Assembly: GCA_963778655.1 (NCBI GenBank)
Contig: CAVZVA010000002.1
Span: 320,001 to 384,000, forward strand
Direction: 5' to 3'
DNA length: 64,000 nt
DNA from: an uncultured delta proteobacterium
GTDB taxonomy: Bacteria > Myxococcota_A > Polyangia > Polyangiales > JAFGIB01
The notes under the pieces were generated by a model that saw nothing but the letters and a program-made list of their open reading frames with translations, made no database searches and was not told the origin of the DNA. The translations under genes and the position numbers were made by a program. This document shows, piece after piece, positions 33,001 through 37,874 of this stretch (position 1 is the first letter of the stretch; the number at the start of each line of letters is the position of its first letter).

Positions 33001-34321
33001 GATTGCTGTCGAGGTCGTCGGGAATCCCGTTGAAATCGAGGTCGGGACAGTGGACCAGCCCGGCGTTGGCGCCGGTACAATAGGTCGCCTCCGCATTCGC
33101 GCAGTTCGACTGGTTGTCGCCGTTCACGACGTTCATGCACGCCGTTTGCGTGGGCGAGTCCGGCTGGTGATCGCAGCAGTTCTTGAGCATCGCGCACTCG
33201 ACCACGTTGCCGGTCGTCATCGACGCGACCAAGTTGTCGCGCTCGCCGCTCATCGTGTCGGTGGTGTCCAGCAGGAAGTACACGTCCGCGTTCTGGACCT
33301 TGAACTTGATCTGGAGCGCGTTGCTGCCGGTCTGGCCCTTGTCGAGAATGTGGAAGATGGTCTGGTTGTTGGTGGTGCTCAGCGGCAGCGTGCTGCCATT
33401 GCAATCCGGGTTGGTCGCGATCGTGTCGGCCGTGCACTCGTCGAGCACGTCCGGAATGCCGTCGCAGTCGCTATCGACCGACGACCCACCCAACGTGCAG
33501 CCGGCGACCGGTCCGCCGACGATGCTCGGGCAGTAGATCTGGAGCGCCGAGGTGCACTCCGCATCATTGCCGCCCGACGCGGTAAGCTGACAGTTGCCTT
33601 GCAAGGCGGGCGAGCCGTCAAGCGTGCTGCAGCAGGCGGTCAGGCCTGCGCACCCCGTCAGTGCCGCTCCGCCGCCGTCGCCGCCGTCTCCCGAGCCTGC
33701 CCCGCCGTCCGCCGGCGCCAGCTGCAAGCCGCCGCTCGGCGAGTAGGTCACCCCGCTTCCCGGCCCGCCGTCCACCGAGAGCAGGGGATCGCTCACCTTG
33801 AAGCACTTGACGTCGCAGATGCTGCAGTTCTGCGGCGCTGCATCGGGATTGATCAGAGACGTCAGGCTGCGGTCGGGGGTCACGACGTAACCGTGGATGT
33901 CCTCGCACTGACCCCAGTTTCCGTTGCGGCAGAAGCGCGTACCCTCGCGGCACATTACGTTGCCGTTGGCTAGCGTCTCGTCCTGGCCGAAGCACGAAAT
34001 CGGCTGCGTGCCCGCGCTACAGGGACACCCCACGTCGGGATGTGCGCAGATCCGGCACTCGTTGGTGCTCTTCGGATCGTTGTCGTTGCAGTCACGGCCG
34101 AGCGCGCAGTTCAGACCGAACCCGTCGTGGTCGTGATCGACGCAAGCAGGGCCGGCATCGCCCTTCGCCGAATGTTTGATGCCCGCGTCGGTGCAGCCCG
34201 CGAGCGCGAGCGCGGCGAGCAACGGCCCGGCTCCGAGCAGCACCGACCAGGCTGGAAACGCAACGCGCATCTGGCTGGACGAGCCGGGGACCCACGTGCA
34301 AGCACTGAAGAAGCGTCGCAT
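12008..34321 (-). CDS. Giant (~7,437 aa) lipoprotein adhesin: split vWA domain, nested PPC-like repeats, C-type lectin, LamG, DUF2341, lamin-tail and Cys-rich domains
   Basis: Uninterrupted 22-kb ORF with lipobox LALAGC, MopE-like 'DHDHDGFG..C..GRDCNDNDP' and vWA strand 1 'DVYFLLDTTDTM'. Start uncertain: ATG 34420, 34321 (after GGGGAG) or 34270. Confidence 0.93.
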   Translation of the reverse strand: MRRFFSACTWVPGSSSQMRVAFPAWSVLLGAGPLLAALALAGCTDAGIKHSAKGDAGPACVDHDHDGFGLNCALGRDCNDNDPKSTNECRICAHPDVGCPCSAGTQPISCFGQDETLANGNVMCREGTRFCRNGNWGQCEDIHGYVVTPDRSLTSLINPDAAPQNCSICDVKCFKVSDPLLSVDGGPGSGVTYSPSGGLQLAPADGGAGSGDGGDGGGAALTGCAGLTACCSTLDGSPALQGNCQLTASGGNDAECTSALQIYCPSIVGGPVAGCTLGGSSVDSDCDGIPDVLDECTADTIATNPDCNGSTLPLSTTNNQTIFHILDKGQTGSNALQIKFKVQNADVYFLLDTTDTMSGERDNLVASMTTGNVVECAMLKNCCDHQPDSPTQTACMNVVNGDNQSNCANAEATYCTGANAGLVHCPDLDFNGIPDDLDSNQLKSKGVVGAVRCLVGSSWFGAGYFREIPSAASPKLGDLDEHAFRHWVDMTPDVNKVRDAIGQFVTNGNSDYPEADLVGLYSLLTGKGQMFGNTSPSVPERLGLGCPANTFGYPCFRKGTIPIVVMFTDDPLHTNPAINPLTGVPYGIPGYAGGGSYNKLPYASNYAMNGKAPSSGVAQYTPTQAETFATAYNLGSINNQFAIASGNLRYMAGDYPAAVTGCGAATAAPEAVYRFTVDPLLSALGIPIGTPVNVKIAINTTVDGNSLAGAGPTPATDAPVVVSLFRGIPSTIQPPIDVGDTRVNPIASGPDLTYLTYTGTTSGTNSAQGFLGGISGCGADGKTNEVIYTFRPTVDAKVVIDSSQTGTTSSPFNSVISLHQGLPSSLPANPSGANQVALVGAAGNNNDTFSTARRVDGADMKIDGDYVTYIGDMVALQDSGSGSDYDVPSGKTGKDDYDSTVVACGVNSAGPDAVYKFTVGTARRVRIDTEGSNFHTVISLHDGPPPQSFVENGISGNDSAATNHRVGSSSGDSVTDTAYAERSDSSGTSSLADAVAPMCGGVSTTGSNDAFYSFRLTEPTHLNVSAAPRSFAAAAGQAYNTPGSANEAVSSNAPPASPGSEPIINEFVVDHAGADTHEFVEVYGQPNTNYAAYKILQIEGDLGSNPGNVNKAIVVGTTNGSGLWVSPFYSDQLENGTDTLLLVKDYTGTASSDIDADDDGVIDLPLLWSKVADAVAVSDGGAGDIVYGGATVLPSTLSGGSSTVGGASRIPSGKDTDSVSDWTRNDYSGDGLPGLGFDPMVFLYSSAPGSVTTVDAADPNGDGNTIDSNTHNTASSALNLGDVFGQVDTKVVNADLGNVNTTNDYGRGVVSCNGHSTTISAISTNTLTFASMSGYTPAVGDLVSNNGSTTLVVTAVSSTSAIVADASKFANGNAWFYPGPEPPGYADHVYKFTPSADGTVRVNAATSGGAYEAVAIYDGPPPISGAIGSVQLFDASKLTSSPDSSCTAYSFDADKTDSNPAHLYWFCANNRNWATAEANCNNQGGHLVRLDNAAENAFVGSHRTTTPAWTGAHDTGTNVWSWADNGDQFWSGGSGGSAVGGLFSSWRSGQPASSSYCVAYKTSNGGSINTWDSTRCSDSDQYACEMTAPSPAPPESLASAYAVGSEVGLNGNMVGKVLAYNGSTRRMDNDIDGLLMSSCGATQNASDAVFKITPSASIQATIDTSGSSFPAIVGLFHSTIDASGYVGCDAPGVAPNTDVTVGTNPASTLPLGGSTGVTLVGGETYYAVIKGTVSGPDGAYQIKFTDLGAGGDGVELACSKESALGPAAAETDFSANHTYYVIVESASTAGAGYAMTAHSLYRKRVQVENPLNQNEHGGTAFSLADPYRSKIQVVNTSTAGMAANYQTSGDPTTPMGLLTCGNASDTPDAVYKFTPSIDTNVRITAATPGDNAIVALFKGQPGSFPSVTDLDATGNTNENTSTAYQVNLAGPAQTLLGDTSLMTNDIDGSLLSCGASPSGRDATFKFSLSKTTQVQIDASASTQSGMMGDPVIALFHDGALEKPAPVTLENDTYTAANTNPSPTPAVNGTWLSYDADMSHLTPSTQAQVGVAATNTNEEVNPTTLQGAQDLGDIWNTKVTVGGATTSAMTANYAATGWCGGDDGAPDAIYSFYSSQGGPVHISTANPAPGFNTVIALYDGSTGAPLRKIDSATTTVDLNGASACGNGVIDWQEECDDGNTMAGDGCDATCHREAGVWRCPAAWYGTNDGCDCGCGAPDPDCGGDASSSACAHCDPPSLGGCNPSGSCPGVISAADNTACNAPVCGNGVVEPGEQCDDGNTTPGDGCDASCMWQAGSWTCDMALYGTGNGCDCGCGIHDPDCGAATDAASCQSCNAPGSCSTGACPGSVNATDNATCSSFGGGGNRNDTLAEAQDVKLSSGGVRRFLGNSSGLTQNVDASQIQCGAQAFAPDAIYHFSLRNTTKVKIDASASGNPPVLALFRSETLDNTVLAPIPLAPDNPSEADANPSPTPIIDNNWVRYSGDIANLTASNQPQSQINNQDNANNDTQTELYDPYNRRVTVVNADSSAASMQATFPAPSCGGADSSHDALYRFVPSQSGQVRISTNYPQTGFDSVVALYDGSKGAPPLTQAQSAVVTTAVGQSNESQPSALSVPLERGGTFVQTGNTTGMNSDINYTYFQQGGAQCGAAPASADAVWSFSLSKPTDVELSADGSGYGTVLGLFDSPFVRPSLTSQSSLADAITQIYDQDKLPGEPEAGCTAYDFNLHRYWLCTHKRPWDDARAKCQLAGGDLVVIDNQLENDTLYSQIAPTAEPYLIGLHAHVPYSSWGSPPSGDWVDGSSASFRNWASGEPNQPSDSPAARMRYQDGFWVDTPESWQSYRYICEQGSQPALPSVPTATSPQVVDVLGRSRHFVGSTAGTPSSVANLIGCGAQASAPDAAFKLTVPYITTVTLDFSNSFAGSVVGLFNGSIGAAGYVSCASVGDAAPQLQLTNLAPGTYYVVLTGTSSGLSGSYDLLFSGTTTDPAAFTMENDRLVDAVNNPIGDITNRWVVKKADMAHLGTDLITARTVDMVGVDTNSSHVSPNQVKDLGNTAGQQVSVVNASLSGLTHDYPAPTCGGDDDTADAIYKFTPTSSTTVRIGVQPSGFNPVLALYRGPDYPLLQSETPAAPVALPNTNDAPTTSGPTAAQDLGTIGDPVIYTGNLTGLNNDVPTVDAAGRTWDRSDLNGGDASNQCNAAPTGKDAFFSFTITPAEAPKTVVLESSNTAFAHTLAVWPSTAVIQAPMATTAENDTRAGASNLPVDNQWYVLQGNTSNLMPGGDAKVVKTAGTDFFNLDTTQDLGTLAADTQIVTSGADSTTATATYDTATLTCGAAPSAHDMIFKFHTGASGGATRLAVSNPSPAFPPVLALFDGTGGKVPQTAAASNPVPTPVTGNDSRTNAFTVPALGTAGVAYSGDTSTLSDSQGASLYNQAPMYGSATCNAGASSKDAFFYLDLLADAHVRIQTQSSTVNPHTIAIYNADVPLTLPAAVAAQYNTQALADAATPAATIDGNWLHYVADMSPAGGMGIGELSAERFFTAGTDFQNAASVQDLNAVAGTISGQQFRTKAAGSYAGGADTTYSGATYLAPSCGVGNSTANDMIWKVRPTTNTKLRIGVDNPAVSWSPMLAVYDGAPLTSAESSTTPIDLNTSSNPNETFSSSGTPTVVVGPRTRISGDEGSMSSDYASTQFQAFQLNAAPKCSPGEPGADAFVKLKVRTVPDGVTPYEQIWLDAADAGAFALATGAVSNWADEGPNAHNATQSTAANEPSRMLASGTYTVELNPGGDIDPANNATEDYLDYAFASGQDSPVSVFAVWRLLSTNFLAGSAVVTTDVGGAGFGLSMSADGSTNTAVLNYADSSGTGVAMTGALSGATGPMLSEVTHDSSGAIATYLNGNLVASGSGRAGGTQYRHIRVGTDQSHSLGLPMDLYELIVVGRAVTPSERQTIEGYLAAKWGLQSSLPGGHPYQSAAPTRSVEVSSANTSFAHTVSLFSAVPMTEPAPTAGPAFDTSDSAQSSGNPMGVVNGSWLVRSASGAGMHISELNQVSGTAAGDGSTQGLGSLVGNEIGVSGGSATTSGYQGDYPATCGSLDDAPDAIYQITPATTTTAHIALRNPGFVGNVALFEAPASAPTATPATRGQLGLYAAPTQLNVAPSAAPNESVATAQTVASLYPITPTGGSYTGYAVGYTGDPITSNVAGNAFDLASAPGTCSPATTNGEDAFFKLTVPNDGVQHEIEINGEGSGGYHTLALFDHNPGAPDKPAVTLGSFASNVDTTALSFSGAPSWTCSGGSTTITSGTDGNGTGAAISSTTCTGGSPTPVIMSQSSGGPKVMVIKLQGLSVSGGHVMTLKGALPVVFLVGGSPGTVSLGGGAGTTIISADSQGNGSSVRGAGGSYSSCGASEGNAGANDGAADKGAGGGGGGAFRTQGRAGGDGDNTAVGLGGASSTADTSSAAASLQPLRGGCKGGDGATTGSTGGAGGGAFQISAVNGVTLNSGIVLTAAGGAGQHGSSEEDGGGGGGSGGAVLLEGMTITENVAFTAVSYTNGGGGGAGNQTDGSGATSGQDGQRSSTQANGGTGVNGGGAGGKGGATGGAASSGGAGGSYTSGSYQKQITINGSQVPSALTNFPVMVKITNDNDLKTHALANGSDIYFVASDQVTQLDYERESYDSSTGTLVAWVRIPSLASGTDTVIYLRYGDGGADRSNKHGVWDSSYYGVWHMTDGGDSTSNSHNGTLHNTSNGTGQIGGDQVFSSGDFVQTSNYGSSESTFSLWLNLNTGSPSDNGPMEPIDAAPSGYLQPPGAEMAVGASGALGIYINGGFTYGSPRIYVPNGSWAHVVERVHAASSGGYVEFSVNGSAFTRIYSGNTSSESTSGSLLFGKWAGGCGSYGYPICFAGSMDEIHVSTSLRSDAWGQAEYNNQKSSSTFITIGSEVPPSPKRGGGGGGGGGGQGYVVKNIISSPIYTADSSAAALTGSSPGPFSAIDNDWTLKVTDLSSMTASWATLNARSESMYSGFGESASSPINLPDPSNARITIDGNNGARVSNHNENVCGTDGGADTVYTFTPSQSGAMRVKVAGSGGTPISSPIVAVYDKFFATGYFHGCSALACVTDNDSDTSLPGQQGQTDSDAATGTTTITDLQVTAGTTYYLVVKSGGSPIVNGTYNLELTWRDPVDWPGCNEDRYGGKDVWYAFTTASTVAAGGESYTIETQNSTADTAIALYKDTNGDNTYQSSEYLTCADEVSGYASITTTPVYPNTTYYVRVKQPAGGSSTGNVILGVRDDNGVQNTEPAAIACSDGTNAAPGYAKIVATLDPGGTYYVGWKGGRGGASPQTYTGAYQVNFRDNKALPVSAAQVACATASSGGTASFDATLQGGRNYYVMVKGDGSGDSGGYSLDVADTSAVPSMSCAGKTAAPGAPDVYEAFSVSGSNKDVTLDMNGSTLDGVYELWQDNGASPDTKIGCAATTGATTFGSQLTPGNYYVKIRGTSAAGAAAEQPFQLSVRDDDVQRAADCSDGLATAGTTLTKSLTAGTYYVGLKPQSGPSASTYQLSVRDAAYSQSGGTEAACANGKTLDLNVSANHDYYVLVKGASPSEKGAYGLTVTDIGALDPTASSYDTRTDIGCGADLAAPDDYYEFTVSSVPKRVQVSLTGFSGAFQLYRDDGSFTPDDAILGCSASSQTYTLTTAGKYFLVVKGLSVAGGAAEGSPDISLRDLDAVGSIACADGTSVTPAVLQSSSLPAAALNASGQLKAGHYYVAVSDQQGSPDGVYALQLNDQDQSGAVAAPVIECTTGMAMTHTLAANTDYYAVVKGDGPPNQGTFTLSVTDVSGVQAIDAACPTDLSAPDGYAAFTLTSGPRDVRIDMSGSSLTGAFQVFDNSGAAVGSCPCSSISTAETCNLSSGTYYVVFRGNNLAGGNAQRPFKLVLQDLSALGSLACADGPISTGATLTTPPLGAGTYYAGIIPTKTNSSTDLSYRLTVKDSASVAVSGAPEIACNTSQIDASVNANESYYVVVKGKNVGDEGDYGLTIQDLSGVPSFGCGDDTTSGDAFYSFDVTAAGGSTVTIDSQGSSLQTVLALFPSTASFGTDVRNNATQVCCNPVNAGQPTGACNPVASCDGKPDDMVACDSSSGVGGSSLIGGVHLNPGTYYVVVRARAGAPDNKLPFNISVRDDGGVPSSYCAATTDVATGQARIHQVLQPGTYWVALKGSSSFSPTDGDYSLRMRDYAPFANAATQIACDTATDTIYQNVTAGNPYYVVVKGDTSGASGQGPYKLTVENMQATTGMGCNADPQSPDAFYRFSLSAPTQVTIDTDKSVLDTVIALYNVGVSYFGTNYAHDVNGNPVPCDDDSGPFAGGSPGSSRISSMLPAGDYYVEVKGKVGTGAAWGDASKPFDLSIKDQNANANIACAPASAPTITQTLPAGDYKLVVSDDGTGGPYDLSFEDLSASTSAATKVACDTANDTIDYTVAANTPYYVIVKGDGSSSAKGNYTLNVESVDGTSSNMGCGADSMSPDAFFKFNVTQQSDVTVDTTGSALDTVLALYPGNATVFGTNYAKDAFAQTIGCDDNGGGGTDSKISATLAPGTYYAVVKGATAAWGQSSLPFNLSIRDNSATQAITCADAGSGATITQTLPAGDYVAVLSDTDAIGSGGSGGPYSITFKDLVASSQESGMEIGCALSTLDGGGSGIPVTGGQDYYVVVKGNDTGDEGPYELSVDDLISNQAAAGSTPIACAAAGSSIDATYPAGDYYAVVTGAASTNGPYELQVKDVDPFLDYNRLACDKDSGPNGTSVIEADLQPGTHYVVVKGDGPGQSGTYQLNVRDVTANPDNRIACADPGASDRIEADVKAGVDYTVLLKGDARGEQGSYNLKLYDELGLQSGGGQLLSCQTICPNVPPYNSCRPLGDSCGSNGQCCSGKCTSSKCAGTDPAGSQACRSSELTTNSFTQSLAADNYYLTVKGRKANEKGFYELQVGDPAHGTSPKYVPPDWPQVHDALLQTGTKVLPVLSCAAGSNGGRCDGAATQLKVISQASGAIDATNGQGLLRYINSNGTGIGSGLSMAVRDLANYLAMDITLSVVNNPGFTITIQKCTNSADPNQAQCQSFSQGCSDTSPAPKNTVAQCAPGATPQFFVQFTNPLDPNAVPPNTADPNGGYHFKLQIVGNHQYLLDEIPVYIIPTDKMGPPPPSVGAGTYMTSGTYEQQVYGAGCNYYQIEGEGTAPDSCTDGVDNNGDGTIDADDPGCNPGSCLDTVDNDKDGKADLLDPDCTTNETQDWTDLFFKADIPPGTSIGFDVCTGDTPGDLSSCTYSHVATVTSATGACATNADCKNITVNGALTDGFCGAGGQCQFISPPKLSGFCTADAQCPNGSLNGDIVASYCKTSANQCQYTTPPADIGGNLMQGQNGKPYVKMKVTLNANSDGSASPTLYDWFLEYVCRGNL

Positions 34322-34585
34322 CAACTCCCCGGAACAGGAGGCCGGCGGCAAGCGTTGATTATCCCATTGGGGATCCGGCGCATCAATGTGGTTTGATCTC
34401 CACAACCCGCGACACTGCATGCAGGTATCCGTTGAACGGAGAGATCACGCGCATCGACTCGCCGGCCGCAGGCAACGTCGCGCCGCCGCTCAGCGTCGTC
34501 GAAGCTCGGCTGACTTCCATCACACACCACCACCGTCCGCAAACCCCTTCGCCGGCGCGCACACGTCTCGGCCCGCGCTTGTCCA

Positions 34586-34601
34586 TGCAACGTGCGTTCC
34601 G
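34586..34601 (-). promoter_or_regulatory. Possible sigma54 (-24/-12) promoter for the giant-adhesin operon
   Basis: Minus strand reads CGGAACGCACGTTGCA, a GG-N10-GC with TTGCA that partly matches TGGCACG-N4-TTGCW, ~265 bp upstream of the start. Confidence 0.3.
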
Positions 34602-34766
34602 TTGGCGTTTCGTTCGGAAACGGTCATCGCGCGCATGGCGCGCCGCGCAGCGAGTATCGGTTTCCAGAAAAAAATGCGGGAACCTACACCTATGGCGATC
34701 GGCGCAGACGAGCGCGCGATGCCGCACGCGGCGGCCGCGGGCACCTGCTCCACGCCCCGGTGCCGT

Positions 34767-36677
34767 ATGCTTGAACCTGTGGTGCGAAACGCCGCCCAGC
34801 GAGCGAAGGCGCTCGCACTGTGCGCCTGCCTGCTGGGCGCCTGCAGCCGCGAGCCCGAGGGCAGCAGCGCCAAGCACGGCGCTCCAGCCGACGCGGGCCA
34901 CGCCGCGCTCACAAGCGACGGCGGCGAAACCCGCGCCGCGCCGCAGGAGCCTGCCGACGCAGGCGCGGGCAGCGGCGCGCACACGACGGTGGGCCGTTCC
35001 CACGGTCCCGCGACCGACGCCGGCCCGCTGCCCGAAAGCTTGCCGCGCGTGCTCGACGAGGACGGTGGCGCGCTCGCAGCGGGCCCCGCGTTCGTCGACG
35101 TCACCGAGCAAGCGGGCCTCGCCTACCGGCAAGCGCCGGTGCACTCCAGCAGCGGCGGCTCCGACTGGTACAGCGACAACGGCCTCACCGGCGACGCTCC
35201 GTTCATGACCGGCGGTGCGGCCGCCGGAGACTTCGACGGCGACGGCTTCGTCAATCTGTACGTCACGCGGCTGGATCAACCCGGTATTCTGTTTCGCAAC
35301 CGCGGCGACGGCAGCTTCGAGGACGTCACTCACGCGGCCGGCCTGGACCTGCCGGGCTTTCGCTCGGTCGGTGCAGCCTGGGCCGACGTGGACAACGACG
35401 GCGACCTCGACCTATACGTGACCACGCTCGGCGGGGGCGCGTTTCTGCTGTTCATCAACCAAGGCGCAAGCTTCAGCGAGCAGGCCGTCGCGCGCGGGGC
35501 CGCGCTGGCCGACACCCAGGTGCGCCAAGGCTTCAGCGTGAGCGTCGGCGACTACGATCGCGACGGCTGGCTCGACCTGCACACCACCGAGTGGCAGCTC
35601 GGCGTCACGCCGAAGGCCAACCCGTCCCACGCCCGCCTGCTGCACAACCGCGGCGCCGAGGGCCCGGCCCTCGCCGGCTACTTCGAGGACGTCACCGTCG
35701 CAGCCGGCGTCGTGCTGGACGGCCCGCCTGCGTCCTCGAACGGACCGCTTTCGCTCAGCTCGAGCTTCAGCGACCTCGACGGCGACGGCTGGCCCGACCT
35801 TCTGGTGGCCAGCGACTTCGGCACCAGCAAGCTGTTCTGGAATCGCGGCGATGGCAGCTTCGCCGACGGCACCGCCGCAGCCTCGGTCGGCACCGACCAG
35901 AACGGCATGGGCATGGCGATCGGCGACTACGACGGCGACGGCGCGCTCGATTGGCTGGTCACCTCGATCTATTGCGACAAGCAGACCATCGACACGGTGT
36001 TCTGCGGCGGCAATCGGCTGTATCGCAACAACGGCGACCGCACCTTCCGCGACGACAGCGACCGCGCCGGCGTGCGCCAGGGCGGCTGGGGCTGGGGCGC
36101 GGCCTTCTTCGACTACGACGATGACGGCGATCTCGACCTGGCGATGACCAACGGCATCCGCTTCCACGGCAGCGATTTTCAGCCGTACGTGAACGACCCG
36201 ACGCGGCTATGGCGCAACGACGGCAGCGCCTCGCCGATGCTCGAGAGCTCGCGCGCGCTCGGCCTGGTCGACTACAGCGACGGCAAGGGGCTGCTGGTGC
36301 TGGACTACGACAACGACGGCGATCTCGACCTGTTCATCGTCAACCACGTGCTCGGCGGCCGGCTCTACCGCAACGACCGCGACAACGGCAACGGCTACCT
36401 GCGGCTGCGGCTGCAGGGCACGAGCGCGAATCGAGAGGGAATCGGAGCGCGCGTCAGCGTGAAGGTGAGCCCCGGGAGCGCCCCGCAGGTGCGCGAGCTG
36501 CGCGGCGGCAGCAACTTCCTCGGGCAGGACGAGCCCGTGCTGCACTTCGGCCTGGGGCCGGGCAGCGCGCCGATCGACGAGGTTCGCATCGACTGGCCTA
36601 CACCCGGCACACGCAAGGTCCAGCTGCTCACCGGGGTCGCCCGCAACCAAACCCTGACCATCACGGAGCCGGAGTAG
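34767..36677 (+). CDS. CRTAC1-like FG-GAP repeat / ASPIC-UnbV lipoprotein
   Basis: Lipobox LGAC, repeated 'GDFDGDG', 'ADVDNDGDLDLYV', 'DYDNDGDLDLF', and C-terminal ASPIC motif 'GGSNFLGQDEPVLHFGLG...VRIDWP'. Confidence 0.9.
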   Translation: MLEPVVRNAAQRAKALALCACLLGACSREPEGSSAKHGAPADAGHAALTSDGGETRAAPQEPADAGAGSGAHTTVGRSHGPATDAGPLPESLPRVLDEDGGALAAGPAFVDVTEQAGLAYRQAPVHSSSGGSDWYSDNGLTGDAPFMTGGAAAGDFDGDGFVNLYVTRLDQPGILFRNRGDGSFEDVTHAAGLDLPGFRSVGAAWADVDNDGDLDLYVTTLGGGAFLLFINQGASFSEQAVARGAALADTQVRQGFSVSVGDYDRDGWLDLHTTEWQLGVTPKANPSHARLLHNRGAEGPALAGYFEDVTVAAGVVLDGPPASSNGPLSLSSSFSDLDGDGWPDLLVASDFGTSKLFWNRGDGSFADGTAAASVGTDQNGMGMAIGDYDGDGALDWLVTSIYCDKQTIDTVFCGGNRLYRNNGDRTFRDDSDRAGVRQGGWGWGAAFFDYDDDGDLDLAMTNGIRFHGSDFQPYVNDPTRLWRNDGSASPMLESSRALGLVDYSDGKGLLVLDYDNDGDLDLFIVNHVLGGRLYRNDRDNGNGYLRLRLQGTSANREGIGARVSVKVSPGSAPQVRELRGGSNFLGQDEPVLHFGLGPGSAPIDEVRIDWPTPGTRKVQLLTGVARNQTLTITEPE

Positions 36678-36682
36678 AGAAC

Positions 36683-37486
36683 ATGTACCTGGTCGCGCTG
36701 ACCCGTTGGAATTCCACCGTGAGCATCGACGCGGAGCTGCCCGCGCTCGCCCCTGCCATCGGCCTCGCACCCTACGACGCTCGGCTGCGTCTGGTGACGG
36801 CGACGCCCACGGTGCTGGCGAGCGGGCTTGCGCTCGGCGACGCGCAGCGCCTGCTCGGCCTGCTACGGGAACGTGGCCACGGCGCGGTGGCCTGCGACGC
36901 GGACACGATTCCGGCGCCGGAACGCGCGCTCTTGCTGCGGGGCTTCGCGCTCGAGCCGGACACATTGGTAGGCCTCGACGTACAGCGCCGCCCCGCGCCC
37001 TTGCACTACGCCGACATAATCGGGATTGCGCGCGCGGTGGAGATCAGCAGCCAGAGCCATGCCGTAGAGTCCACCGAGAAGAAGCTCGACGTGGGGCGCG
37101 CCCTGCTCAGCGGGGGGCTGGTGATGAGCAGGACGGTTAGCAAGGTGGAGACCAGCGACTCCTTCGAGCGCCACCACGTCGCCTACCTGTTTCGCAACGG
37201 CACGGCCGACCCGGTGCTGCTCAAGGAGCACCTGCTGAGCTACGAGGGCCTGGGCGCGGCGCGGGGCGCCAGCGCGCACGCCAGCTTCGAGGCGCTGCTC
37301 GCGGCGCTGCGCGCGGCCACCCCGGCCGCCATGCACGACGACCGCCTGCTGACCCACAAGCGACGCCCGGATCTGACGGCCGTGCGCGGCGCGGCCAAGG
37401 ACCGCACGGTCAACACATCCAACGAGCCCGCCAATGCGCTGGCCGCGCATCTGCTGATGCTCGCGCATTTACAGGGCCAGCTGTAG
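36683..37486 (+). CDS. Hypothetical protein
   Basis: ATG 6 bp after the upstream stop with GGAG RBS and high-GC3 codons. Confidence 0.75.
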   Translation: MYLVALTRWNSTVSIDAELPALAPAIGLAPYDARLRLVTATPTVLASGLALGDAQRLLGLLRERGHGAVACDADTIPAPERALLLRGFALEPDTLVGLDVQRRPAPLHYADIIGIARAVEISSQSHAVESTEKKLDVGRALLSGGLVMSRTVSKVETSDSFERHHVAYLFRNGTADPVLLKEHLLSYEGLGAARGASAHASFEALLAALRAATPAAMHDDRLLTHKRRPDLTAVRGAAKDRTVNTSNEPANALAAHLLMLAHLQGQL

Positions 37487-37874
37487 CCAAGCCGAGGCTC
37501 GGCGGCCGCTCACCAGGCCCACAGGGGCGGACGCTGTTGCTCGCTCTCTTCTTCCTCGACGGCGTCGGTCGAGACCGGCCAGCCCGGCGGCCGTGATTGG
37601 GGATCGCCGTCGCCCCCCGGCGCGATGCCCTGCCCCGAGCGGCGGCGCTGCTCCAGTCGCTGACGGTCTTCGCGCGCCTCGCTGAATCCCCACGCTGATC
37701 TTGATGGACATGCTGGCCTCCCAATCGTGCACGGCGGGGCGCCCGGCGGCAAGTTGAAGCAAATTGCGCGCCGGGCTGCGAGGCCCGCGGGCACGCACCC
37801 GATCACGCCCAATTGACTTGCTGTTTCGCCGCGATATTCGCCGCCGGGTCGCGGACGCGCGGGGTGCACCGCCC

